From contig CP075495.1 of NCBI GenBank assembly GCA_021613535.1, positions 13,764,001 through 13,828,000 on the forward strand: a DNA stretch of 64,000 bases, written 5' to 3'. Both the position numbers and the translations under genes were made by a program. This document shows positions 27,735 to 40,842 of this stretch, one piece after another (positions within the stretch are counted from its first letter, which is position 1; each line of letters starts with the position of its first letter). The notes under the pieces are model-generated. The model was not told the DNA's origin and ran no database searches. It saw only the letters and a program-made list of their open reading frames with translations. Origin of the DNA: Adineta vaga. Taxonomy: Eukaryota; Animalia; Rotifera.

Positions 27735-30700
27735 ATGTCGACAACGAAAAAAAGAAAAGCCGGTGAAGACAATAATCAATTATCTTCGAAATCACCAAGT
27801 AAAAGTAAGTTTTGATTTTCTCTAATTGACATAGGATCTATTTGTATAATGAGAGCTCTAACTTAGTGAAATTTGCAATCAATTTTAAAAATATAGAAAA
27901 GAGAACCATTAGAATTACTTTTAATAGATTGAAAATCATATGGTCATTTTTGAATTTTGATTGTGATGATTATTTGTTATATAGAAAATCGTCCATCGGT
28001 GGATAAACACTCAAATGTCGTAGAAAAATCGAATAGTACAATCTTTCAACAACAGTACTCATCACTTTCATATCCAAATATATCTTCATCATTGGATACT
28101 TCAAATACGTGGAGTCCATCAACTTCTTCAAAAATGGATTATACCAATAATCAATTGACTACGACGACAACCCCACATGCTTTATCGATGATCTATAATT
28201 CCAATCACCAACAAACAAACGAGACAGGTTCTGAATTAAAACCAGAATTGTCATCACCAATAAATGGTACACAGACACCGAAGAAAAAAGGTAAAAGTGA
28301 AAAATCATCTGTATTCGCAACACCTCCACCATCTACTGGCAATACAATTGCAATTGCGAAAATGATGGTAATTAATCTTTTATATTCGATTATATGTACA
28401 AGATGAAATCTATTGATTTGATTTTTAGCAAAAAATGGGTTACGATGAAAAACGTGGTCTTGGTGCTAATCCTCAAGCTCCAACAAAATTAATTGAAGAA
28501 AGTAAACAAAAGGGTCGTCGTGGTCTTGGCTTTTCATTCAAAGAATTTAATGATGATTCAGCTGAATGGGATTTTGATATTGATCCAGTAAGTATATCCA
28601 TGCATAGTTTATTTCATTTATCATTTCCATTGTTCTATTTGTTGTTTAGGCTCCTATTGAAGAAGAAGTTCATTGGTGTCCACATAATGAACAAATGGAA
28701 AGTCCTTTGGATCTCGACGAAATGCGTCAATGGATTCAACTTGGACCAGTATGTGCCAAGATGTTCATAGAAAAAAAATGTTTAACACACATTGTATCTT
28801 AATTCTAGAAAAAGAGAATCATTGATGATGAAACTGAATTTTGTGATGAACAAATTCTTCAAGATATGTTGAATGGAAAAGTACATAGTTCTTATTAATA
28901 CAAAAAATTAGTTCATAATTAATTGATCTTTCATTTTAGACTGTATTCGATGAATTACCACAAAAAGAAATGGAAGAATCACGTGCACGTAGTAATGTTT
29001 ATGAAACTATTGGACAATCAATTTTTCTCAATCGGTAGAGAAATGAAATGATATTTGAACGTATTTAATTCTATTTTTTCGTTCATTTTAGAGCGGCTGT
29101 TAAAATGGCAAATATCGACTCTGTTTTTGATCGAATATTTAGTGATCCTCGAACACCAGATAATCAAGTAAGTCAACTTCTAGTTATCTTTTGTTGCATC
29201 AACACGCTCTTTTTTTAGCAATCATTGGTTTATTCGGATGAACCTCTTTATTTTGCGGACATTTGTGCTGGTCCCGGTGGTTTCAGTGAATATATTTTAT
29301 GGAAAAAACAATGGCGTGCACGAGGTATTCTAAAATGATCTTCTTGATTATTGTACATGATCTCGTTGTTTTTATCGACAAGGTTTTGGTTTTACATTAA
29401 AAGGCGATTGTGATTTTAAGCTAGGTAAATTTCTTGCTGGTACGCCTGAAACATTCGATACATATTATGGTGTTCATGATCTTAATGGTGATGGAGATAT
29501 CTTTAAATCGGAAAATATTGATGCTCTACAAAATTATGTAAATAAATGTACAATGCATCGTGGTGTACATATTGTAATGGCTGATGGAGTAAGATTTAAA
29601 TGGAGAATAGACAATAAAAATTATCATTGACTTGTCAATTGTAGGGATTTTCTGTTGAAGGACAAGAAAATATTCAAGAAATTCTAAGTAAACAATTGTA
29701 TCTATGTCAATTCTTAACGGCTTTGACAATACTTCGACCAGGTATGAAAGAAAGTTTTCTTTAACTATTGAATATGATATATCTTCTATTTGTTTTTATT
29801 TAGGTGGTCATTTTGTTTGTAAATTATTTGATGTATTTACGCCATTCAGTGTGGGTCTTGTTTATTTAATGTATCGAACATTTCATCATATATCTTTACA
29901 CAAACCAGTTACTAGTCGACCTGCAAATTCAGAACGGTATGAAAATGATTTGATTAAGATTCAATAATAATACGATGTTTTCTTCTATTTCTTGCCAGAT
30001 ATATTATTTGTAAAGGTCTCCGTGGTGATATTCGAGATATTGTTCGTCCGTATATGTATGAAATCAATATATTACAAAATCGTTATTCTCAAGATTCTGA
30101 ACTCGAAGATGTGCAATCTATTGTTCCATTGGATATGTTAAAAGGAAACGAAACGTTCTATGAATATATTCAAAATTCAAATGATCAGTAAGAGAGTATT
30201 TATTGATAGATTGAACAATGTTTTGAAATTCATCTAGAATGGGTTTACATCAAATAAGAAATTTGAAAAAAATCCGTGCTTTTGTTAGTAATTCATCGTT
30301 AAAAGACATTCGACAACATGAAATTCGTACACGATGTCTCCAATATTGGCAGGTAAATAATTGCTTTATATGCATTCTTAAACAAAAAGAAAACCTAATA
30401 ATTTCACTTCGATTTAAAGTTACCAGATGAGCCCCGACAAAAATTTCGACGATTAATGTATGATGATGTACAACGTGATCTTTTCTATAAAGTAATTCAC
30501 TTTTTTGTATTGCATAAACTATTTCTAACCTAATTTCTTTTATTTAGCTTGGTCATGGTATTGATAGTTTTCTCTTAAATATACCAACTAGTTTGAAAAA
30601 TTCCATTCTTACACAGCATCGTATACAATCTTTATTTGATTATCGATGTGTACTATCAATAGGTGAACCTATTCTAATTTTATCCTGTGGTGTAAGTTTG

Positions 30701-31798
30701 ATAGATATGTACTAATCTTCTTTTCATATATATCAGCGGTTTTACTCTTCTAGCGAAGTTCTGTTTACATTTGGGAATTAAAATCGAGAAATAAAGGATG
30801 GACATCATTGGAACGTACACAGTTTAAAATCGAATTACCACCGTATACATTATTACTTGGTGAACGTGTACAAGAACATTTACAAGATGTATAAGAATAA
30901 ATCATTCTTTCTTCTCTGTTCTGTAATTTGATAGTTTAAATGAACTATTTTAGAGTCGAAATAATCGGCTGCGATCAGTGATTTATGTCATTGATGCATA
31001 TTTTATTGGAAATGAAAATATGCTTTTGCAAAATGGCAAACCAGCTGTTTTTATGGATCGGTATTAGTCGTAATTTCGAGTGCATTTCATTGAATTAGTT
31101 TTCTTTTTTGTTGTACAGTTATCGTGAATTGAAACTATTTGAAAAAGCAATCAATAAACCAGCTCGTACTGATCTTTCAACTATTCGAATTAGTGAACAA
31201 TTACGTTTAGAACAAATGGATGTTCAATTTGAAAAGTACGTTTTATTAATGTGAGTGATCGAAGAGATGAACAATTTATTATTTAGATTATGTCTTTCTG
31301 GTAATCTACAACAAATTGATACAGAAAAATTATGGTTTACAAATACAGATATTGAAAGTAAACCACGTGTAGGAGTTTGTGGTTTGTGGATATTCAAATT
31401 TGTACAATGTAAGAATTGATTGATTACTTTTGTCTTTTCAAGAGGATTTATTTCTATGTTGTTGATTTAGATCCATGGACAATTCTATTAAGTAAATCAA
31501 GACAACAGAAATACTTTCATAATCAAAAGGATCGAACATCTATCGAAGGGGCTCCAGGTGATGGTGCTCATGTCGCTTCCATACGGTAATAGATCAATTC
31601 ATTTATTAAATTAATCCTATGAAATTCCAAAATATCTTTTCTAGATCAATGCTTGAAAACAGTTTCTATTGGGATTTCAGTAATCGTGATGATGCACTAC
31701 GCAAATCAACTTTTATTTCATTTATTCAACAGAAAAATCATGAAGCACAATTACAACAACGTATTACCCATCCTCCTTCTACAACTGCTCATCATTGA
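27735..31798 (+). CDS. CMTR1: Cap-specific mRNA 2'-O-methyltransferase 1 (G-patch, RrmJ-type MTase, GTase-like, WW); many short exons
   Basis: G-patch [11 protein letters not shown]...KGRRGLGF; [67 protein letters not shown]; WW-like [18 protein letters not shown]. Stop at 31796-31798. Confidence 0.95.
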
Positions 31799-32232
31799 AG
31801 AAAGCTAACTCATATGTTATCTCGCTTCTTTTTTTGTTTTAGCTAAATTGAAGAGACAAAATCTTTGTTCTTTCTGAATATTATTTCCTTGTGTTATAAT
31901 ATCTAATTTTTTTGTTTGTTTCATTTTATCAAACGAGACTAGAAGAAAAGAGATACAAACGAAATCCTTTCTGTGTGTTTTACCAAAGAAATGGAACATT
32001 GTTGCATGAAAGAAAAAGGGTTTTTTGTGCGAGTGTATACAAGTGTGTTTAGTTCAACTGAATTCGTTTCGTTTTCTTTATAAAGAAAAAAACAAAGCAA
32101 ACACATAAGTCATGTATTTTTTTCTAAATAAGACTTTTCTACTAGAATTTAATAAGAAACGACATCGTAGCGGTTAAATTTATTCGTACAAGACAGAAAA
32201 GAAAACATTGCTACAGTATATGTTTGCTTGAT

Positions 32233-33151
32233 TTATTTACAATAACGATCAGATTTCATTTTTTCACGTCGATCAAGCAAAGTTTCATGTAATAAACCTG
32301 ATTTTTTCGCATCAACTAAATCTTTGACATCACCTTGATTAATACGTAACTTTTTATCTTGAAATTTTTGAAATTTTTTCACATAATTTAATTCCGTTTC
32401 ACGAATTGAACCTTGTTCTTCAACGGGCAATTCTTTTTGTCGTTTTTCTTTCTCATGAATACGTTTAGAATTTGAACGTATATTAATAAAATTCGCTTCG
32501 GTAGCACTATCATCCATTGCTACAAGATCACCTTCTTCATTAAAACGAATAAATTTATCATTACATGCTGATAATGCCAAATTTCCATTTTCAAAAACAG
32601 GTTCAAAATATTCACGCATTCCAATAGCATCTAAAAGTTTTCAATCAACATTTTCTTCATTATTCTCAATTATTCTTACCTGATCGACCGATAACTAATC
32701 CATTTTTATTAATAGCTAAATATTTACCAAAACCAGATTTGAATGCAACTTTATTTTCTGATATACGTATTGCTGTTAGAATTTGTTGCTGATCAGGTCC
32801 TTCACCAAATGGTCGTGTTGGGCCAACACAAAACAAACCGTTGTCTAGCGTATGAGCATAACTATTTGTACCAAACTCAATAGCAACATTGCCAGTAATC
32901 TCATGAAATTTTGATACTTTCCACCAGCCACCATGTCTAAAAAATCATCAACGTTTTTCCTTATGGAAAAAAGAACAATGATAAACTTACTGAACATAAT
33001 CTTGTTCTCCGTCGTCTTCATCATTGTCAATAGTAGGTTTCTGTTTTTTTGAAGATGACGATGATGATGAATGTTTTTTTCGTTTCTTCGAACTCGATGC
33101 ATCATCAGCGGCACCTTTTAAATTCAATTTTCCTCCGCGAACTGCATACAT
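32233..33151 (-). CDS. FRG1: FRG1 (FSHD region gene 1) homolog
   Basis: MYAVRGGKLNLKG...HGGWW...VAFKSGFGKYL...GRSDAIGMRE and C-terminal YVKKFQKFQDKKLR...LHETLLDRREKMKSDRYCK. Confidence 0.96.
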
Positions 33152-33271
33152 CTGAAATGAAAACTAAAGTTGTTTACTTTGCTTATTTATCTTGAAGTTG
33201 AAAATAAACAAGACAAAAATCAAACTCAAAAGTTTAACGATAAAATCATCACACGATGGAAAAACAATATC

Positions 33272-35635
33272 TCATTCTTCAGTTTTTGCAGGAATCACAC
33301 GACAAATTGGATTTCGTCGACACATTTCCAAATCAACTTTAGGTCCAAATAAATCTCGAATATTGTTTATATCATATAAGATCATAGTTGGTCTTAAATA
33401 GAATAAAACGAAAGAATTATTTTAAATATATATCTCTATATAAAATACTCACCGTTCAAGAGAAAGACCCCAGGCAATTACGGACACATCTTCATGAAAA
33501 CCCATTGGCAGTAACATTTCAGGTCTAAACATTCCAGAATTTCCGACTTCAATCCATCTTTGTAAACCTAATTCAAAACAAAATTTTATTCGATTATTAC
33601 TCTAAATATCTTCATACCTTCATGATAACTGAAAATTTCCATGGATGGTTCAGTATAGGGATTGTAAGCTGGCTTAAAACGAAGTTTTGTCATACCTAAT
33701 TCAAATCTTTGTGATTATAGAATTGAAAATAAGGAGGGGAAAATTCGTTACCAAGTTTTTGAAAGAATTGATAGAGAACACCGATTAAATCACCTAAAGT
33801 TAAATTATAATCAGCAATTAAACCTTCAATTTGATGAAATTCTGCTAAATGTGTTGCATCAAGATTTTCATTTCGAAAGACTTTATCAATCGAGAAATAT
33901 TTTGCTGGTTTAAATTTTTTCTAATTAAACAAAGAAAAGAAAGGTTAGATCAATTTTCTTTATTTCTATTTACTTCTTGTGCTAATTGATAGAGTATTCG
34001 TGTACTAACAGCAGTTGTGTGCGTTCTTAGAACGTTCTTTTGTGTTTCATCACGTTGCCAATCATATTGATAACCAATCGAACCAAATGCGCCGGTAGAA
34101 TGAACTTGTTTAATTTTTTCAAGATAATCTTCTGGAAATTTTGTTGTCACCGCTGGATCAGATATGAAAAATGTATCTTGAACATCACGTGCTGGATGTT
34201 TTTGAGGAGTGAAAAGTGCATCGAAATTCCAGAAACTATTTTCAACGTAATTATTCGTTGGCATTTCAGTGAAACTAAAATCAAGATAAGAATTTGTTTT
34301 AGAAAAAACAAAAAAAGAAATATTCATCAAGAAAATTTACCCCATTTCAAGAAAGATTTGTCGATATTCCGTACGAACTTTTAATAATGGATGTAAACAT
34401 CCATAGGATGGTAATAAACCTTTAGCATTGAAATTATATGCTTTAAAATTTAAAGTTTTCCATGAACCACTAAAAGATTTCATATTAATCATAGAAATAC
34501 AATTTGATTGAATGAAAAAGATCAACAATTACCTTTGTAACATATCAGCTGTTAATTCTGTTTCACCTTTGGATACATTTGTAGAAAATCCCGTTGACTT
34601 TGTGACAATAAAATAATTAATAACACTAATTAAAGTGAAAATATGATTATGAAAGGTAAAGAAGAAATCTAATCGTACACATCTTCAACTAATTTACGTT
34701 TTTTCAATTCAACAACTTCCTTTACACTTGAATCAGTTACTTCTAACGATTGAATACGTTGAAGTAAATCTTGAACTTCATCTTGAACAGTATCAACCTA
34801 GAAAGAAAAAGAAATATATATATAAACGAGTTTTGAATGTGTCAGATAACCGCATCAAGATAGAAATCCTGATGAATCACAGACAATCAATTTTTATTAA
34901 AATCTCATCAATCACATTCAAACTCGTTTACCTTTCGTTTAACAATAGCTGGTTTAGATGTTTTATCAACTTGTAACCATCCATTCGACATGGCTTTAGC
35001 AAAACCAATATTAGCATTGGGAAATTTCTAAAATTTAAAATAACATATTTATTCTTTATCATTGCAAATGACCGTACGTAGATTCGAACTCAATAAGTTA
35101 TGCTATTTAACTAATACGCTATTCTTTCTCGATGTTTTATATTTGATACGATGAATGAAAAGAAAAGAAAAATTTTACCATTAATTCAGGTTGTTCAATG
35201 CCTTTATCTGCAGGAATAGCTTGAAATAAATTATATTCATAACTTCCATTAGTTAACAATGTTTTTCCTTCAACACTAGGTGCTATTGATCTTGATGTTC
35301 GTTGTTCAATCTTAATAATCTATAGAGGGAAAAAAAACGAAGATTGATTATTCATAAAAGAACAATAAAATGAAAGTTTTTTCTTATTTACATCACCCAT
35401 GGATTCAATACTACGAACAGTACCGATAATAATTTGATGATCAATCTTATGTTCATTAGCATATGACCATGTATTTAATTCATCATGTGTATTTAAATAA
35501 GAAAGAAGATCAGATTGTAAAGACGATGCTGAATGTTTCTAAAAGAAATTGAAATTTGTCGTTTAGAAGAAATTTCATGAAATACTTTACTTCAGTTGTA
35601 GATGCTGATGCAGAATGTTCTTTGTGATTAGACAT
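33272..35635 (-). CDS. FARSA: Phenylalanyl-tRNA synthetase alpha subunit (cytosolic)
   Basis: [113 protein letters not shown] and [11 protein letters not shown]. Confidence 0.97.
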
Positions 35636-36171
35636 ATTTTAACTTTGAAAATTCGATCTGAAAATAAAAGTATTTCTCATAAGAAGAGATAAATATAAAG
35701 TGAAATGATATGATGATTTTCTTTTCATTTCATCATCCTCTCCGATCGGTTCTCACAATCTAGCAATCATAAATTTTCTCCTTTATTTCATTACAAGAAG
35801 CAAGCGACATCTAATATTTCATAGAAGAAAACAACAAATACTTTTCCATTTCTGTATATTTGTTAGTAGTCATCATATTTTAACTTAACGATTTCTTTAG
35901 ATTGGAGAAAAAAAAACTGTAAGAATAATATTACCAAACATTATGTCTCAATATTTTTTTATAATTGTGCAATACCGAAAATAAATTAACATCAAAGGAA
36001 AAAAAAGTAAATTGACGAAAAGTTTCAAAAAGAAAAAGAAGATAAAATTTTCGTTTTTGTTTTTCGTTTGACAGTTAGTTTTTACGTTCGTAACGTTAAT
36101 TTGTGGTGTATATAACTTGAGTATTCATAAATATTCTGTTTTTTCTTTATTCTGTAGCGCAATCAAATGTA

Positions 36172-37456
36172 ATGGCTTCATCGATTGAAACACGAGAAGA
36201 ACAATGTAAAACTATGATTGATTTTATTTATTTTTTTGTCTTTTAAGAACTATTCTATCTTTCTATTTAAAAGGGGTATCACGTGTTGTAGAATATTCAT
36301 CACAATATAATAATGATACATGGTCTGCTAATCAAGTTATTGGCGCACCAAAAGTTTATCCACGATATGGTAAATATCAAGAGAAAATCTTCTGAAAATA
36401 TCGTGTAGTTTTCAGGTGATCTGAATGGTGCTTGGGCTCAAGGAAATCGAGCGAATAATGAATATATAATAGTTGAATTTGCACAAGCTGTTAATCCAGA
36501 ACAAATTGATATTTATGAAACATACAACGCAGGTGCTGTTGTAAAAGTTTCTGTACGTAATGGTACGTTTTGAATATATATATATTCGAAATAAATATCA
36601 TTCTGATTACGTAATTCAAATAATTCTAGGTGCTTTCAATGGTGAATGGCAAACTGTTTGGGAAGTAGATGCACCTCATGTTGAAACTCATTGTACGTAA
36701 AATAGGACAAAGGGTTTTTTTTTCAAAAGAAAATCTATATTTAAATCATTTCTAGCTCGTATTTTTTCTGTGCCATGTGTAAATCGAGTATTTCATAGTA
36801 TTAATCAAATTCGTTTGAATGTTAACTGTACTGCTGCTGGAAGTTGGTGTGAAATAGATTGTATTAAATTGATTGGACGTGCATCTTACTATGATATAGC
36901 ACAACGAGAATTAGTTATAGATTTTAGACAATTTCTAAAAGATGATTGTTTAGCTGATGTTATTTTTCAACTTGATGATGGACAAACCATTGCAGCGTAT
37001 CGAAATATACTTCGTTCACGTTGTATTTATTTTAATCAATTATTTGATGATTATCCAAACATTTCCGACACACCAATTCGAATAAATAATATTTCATATG
37101 ATGCATTTTATCAAATCTTAAATTTTATCTATACGGCTAAGATTGACTCGACTCTTCTGACTGAAACATGTTTAGAATTAATGCGTAAAGCGGATGAATA
37201 TTATCTCAGTCCCATTTATAATTATGCATTTAACATAATCGAACAACTTCTTAGTAATAAAAATGTCTTGAAAATATATATGGGTGCAAATTCGTTGAAT
37301 GATAATCAACAAGACGATAATAATATTATTCTTAATGATGTCATTGAATTATGTGTTAATTTTGTTAAAAAAAATCGACAAGAAGTTTATCAAAGTGATC
37401 AAATGCAGTTATTACCCAAAGATTTGTTATTACAACTTATTCAACTAGTACTGTGA
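36172..37456 (+). CDS. BTB/POZ protein with an N-terminal FBXL4-N-like beta-sandwich domain
   Basis: Spliced N-terminal half reads QWVSRVVEYSSQY...GAPKVYPRYGD...IDIYETYNAGAVVKV...WQTVW...SRIFS...QIRLNVN...EIDCIKLIG. BTB: LADVIFQLDDG..IAAYRNILRSRCIYFNQLF...AFYQILNFIYT...LMRKADEYYL. Confidence 0.88.
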
Positions 37457-37662
37457 TATAGAAAGCGTGAATTTATTTTTCATTGCTTCTGATTTCATTT
37501 TTTGTTTGTTCTTTCAATACAAGATATAATGTTCATGAAATGTAGTTTGCTTTTCATTTCGGAATCGATCATGAAAGAGCGCGAATGAATATCAGATTCT
37601 TCGTTTTTTTTTCCAAATAAAATATTCTTTCATTTTATCGACATTTCTCTTCAATATAATTG

Positions 37663-38827
37663 ATGTCGCGAGTAGCTAATCGTAGATTAACGACAATTAA
37701 AACTTTGCGAATGTATACACAACGACCACCACGACAGAGATTAAGAAGAACTATATCAAATCATATTATAAAGACGACTGTATCCTTGTTATCGAAAACA
37801 TATGGAATTTTACCATGTTTTTGTGAACATGATCCAAAACGACTTCAAACAATGAAATTATCGAAATCATCGAATACTAATAAATCACATAATCAGAAAC
37901 AACAAAGAAATAATTCAAGTATGTTGAGAAGTCAACGGAAGAATTATTTTCAAACATTCCGAAAATCTCTTGCCAACGATTCAAACGAAAGAAGAAAAAA
38001 CGTACAATTACAGCTCGAACAATTATTCGTAAACAATCTCATTCGACTTCAACAAAACATACAAAGAATGCAGAGAATCTTTCAATTAATCATTCAAATA
38101 CATCACAAACTACTAGTCTTCATCAATCTCCTTTAATTCTTGATAATAATGAACATTCATCTCATTCTTTTCTAACACAAGATCATTTATATACTAACAA
38201 TGAAATAGAAATGAATGATACATTATTAGAATTACCATTATCATCAAAGAATGTGAATGCAACTAATAATTCTGATCACAAAAGATCTCAAACAATGATA
38301 AAGAATTCAAGTTCGACAGGTAAAACAAGGCGTTCTATTAATATTCAACATATTTTATCTCTCAATTACAGTTACATCAAAAAGAAAAACAAACCAAACG
38401 ATACATAATCAAAGTCCTTTTCCTAATCCAAATATTTTTCATTCATTACCACGAATGCATGATTCGTAAATATATTTACGATCCATTCATTTAAATTCTT
38501 TTCTTCATTTATATATTTTCATTTCAGTGATGAAATAACTGAAAATAATGTTCATGAAAATCATCTTTGTTGTAAACCAATAACTTCAGTTAAAGGTTTA
38601 TCAACCAATGATCAGAAGAAATTAATCGAGAATGATTATCTTACATTAATATCTCTTCTACCAATTACCTCAGTTCACAAGGTTATTTTTCGAATAAACT
38701 TCAAGAAAAAATCAAGATCAGTTTGAATGGTGCCAATGAACTTGATCGTTTAATGAATGAATGGAGTTCCGCACGATTATTCATTGGAACAACTAATCCT
38801 ACCAAGACATTAGTACAAACAATTTGA
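37663..38827 (+). CDS. Basic low-complexity protein with a C-terminal BAF-like domain; needs two 1-nt frame corrections (about 37998 and 38663)
   Basis: Arg/Lys-rich N-terminus; GT-AG introns about 38320-38371 and 38466-38527; C-terminal KPITSVKGLSTNDQKKLIENDY...YFSNKLQEKIKISLNGANELDRLMNEWSSARLF, which aligns with BAF by eye. Confidence 0.55.
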
Positions 38828-39005
38828 GAAAAACAAATCCAATGTTTATTTTCATATGTTACTTTTTTGATACAAAAAAAACACACACACACATACAAAT
38901 ACAAAAGAATCGAAATGATATCAAAAGAACAAAACATGTTCTTCAGTTTATTTATAGTTCAATACTAACAAATATGAAAAATAAAGATGAAAATAATACT
39001 CATCA

Positions 39006-39644
39006 TTATTTCTTTGTTTTCGAATGTAAATCAATAGTTTTTTCTGAAAATAAATTTTTGAATATGGAATATGTTTTTGTTAATTGATGACTTGTACATG
39101 AATCAATAAGATTAAAAGATTTCAAAACAGTTCCGTCAATATGTCGACGTATGGAACTGATCAAATGTCCGAGAATTTCAGGTAATCTTGTTATTTGAAT
39201 AATAATATAATCAATCAATGTTAAGATCCAAACAATAGGTCTTTGTTGAGTTGATGAGCATTGAGAAGACGACGAGATAGAAAAAAGATCACTTGTAGTA
39301 GTGGATGTTGTTGCACGTCGCACACCATAGACTTGTAACATGAGTAAATAGAGATATTTTATGATAGTAAATGGAAGAAGAAATAATTGACCAAATAAAC
39401 AAATAGTACGCCAAAATGTAAGCAATAGAAAAGTTATTGGATTATCGGAATAAAGAAAATCACTTAAATTTAATTGTTTACGTTCACGAATAGATGCATA
39501 ATCAACAAGAATCGGTGTCGGAGATGGAGTTACAGGTGGTTGTTCTTCACGAAGTGGTAAAACATTGAAAGATACACCACGACGACGTAATGGTCTTCCT
39601 TCACGATTTGCTTTGGGCGTAGATATATTTGATCTTTCGTCCAT
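39006..39644 (-). CDS. Uncharacterised intronless protein with hydrophobic segments and an RVxF-like motif
   Basis: 212-aa ATG-initiated ORF with codon usage like neighbouring genes; contains RRRGVSF and the hydrophobic stretch PITFLLLTFW...LFLLPFTIIKYLYLLML. No family recognised. Confidence 0.6.
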   Translation of the reverse strand: MDERSNISTPKANREGRPLRRRGVSFNVLPLREEQPPVTPSPTPILVDYASIRERKQLNLSDFLYSDNPITFLLLTFWRTICLFGQLFLLPFTIIKYLYLLMLQVYGVRRATTSTTTSDLFSISSSSQCSSTQQRPIVWILTLIDYIIIQITRLPEILGHLISSIRRHIDGTVLKSFNLIDSCTSHQLTKTYSIFKNLFSEKTIDLHSKTKK

Positions 39645-40842
39645 ATCGTTTATTTTAAAATATATATAGAGTCGATATTTGTATATCAGCAGCTTAGTTA
39701 TTCTTTCATGTGAGCTGAAGAAGAAGACGAAAGGAAAAGAAAGAAAACGAGCAAAGATAGTCGATAAAATACCGATTGGTTGGTCTCAGCAACATGTCAA
39801 ATTTACGCAATCTTTTATCAAACGAAGGGGGCGCAATAGTTCAGATATAGACAGCTCATTAAAAATAAATTGTTCGAATAACCATATTGATGTCGATTAT
39901 ATATGTATACGAAACATATTTTTAATGAAATAAAGAAAACTTGCATAATCAAATTATTCGTTCAAGGTTTAGTTAATCATTTGTGAACTTCAACATTCAT
40001 GATAATAATGTGTTCAGAACAGCTGAAATTAAGAATGATAAGTTTCAATGATTTCCATGCTATCGTTCATTGAACAAGATAATATATTATCAAAAGACAG
40101 AATTCATTTTAGTCTATCTCTATGTGTACACATTACTCAAATTTGTATAGCAATTTAGATAATCAACTTATCAATATATAATCAAATCAACATTGATGGT
40201 ATTAGTCTGGAAGAAATACCATAGTTGAAAAATTTTCAGAGCTGCTCTATTACTTATATCTAATGTGTCATATATGTTCGACTTGTTACCACACATACAT
40301 AGCTTTAATACGATAACTGAAGTGATGGAAAGAATGATGTTATTGTTTTTTTCATTCATAGTCATTATCTAACGTCAACGATACGTATGTAAGTACTTTT
40401 TTCACAAAATGATTAAACAAGTTTTGAGGCAAAAATAGTACGATGGCATAGTTCAATGAAATTGTATTTCTAGATGGAATTGAATTTGTCATGAAATGAA
40501 GAAAAATGCTAATATTTATAAGAAAAGAAAATGGAACATAATTGTTAATAATTTAAAGAATGTAAAATGAAATAAAGAAATGAACAAAGCACAATGGAAG
40601 ATGCATAATAGTAGTAAAGATGTGAGTGAAGAACAAAATGAAAACAAACAAGAAAACAACAACAGATCAATCACTGCCGATTTGGAAAACAAAAAAATTT
40701 ATAGAATTCATTTTTTTTATGTAAAGCAAAGTACAAGTTTAATTTGCATAGACAAAAACAAAAAATTCACTGCATTGTCTGTGGAAAATATTTAGACGAA
40801 AGACGACATAGTGAACATAGTTTATATATATATATGTCTTCA

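Noticed and set aside
39955-40080. Weak inverted repeat between the orphan gene and the ESRP 3' end
   Set aside because: Too degenerate to distinguish from chance in AT-rich DNA.
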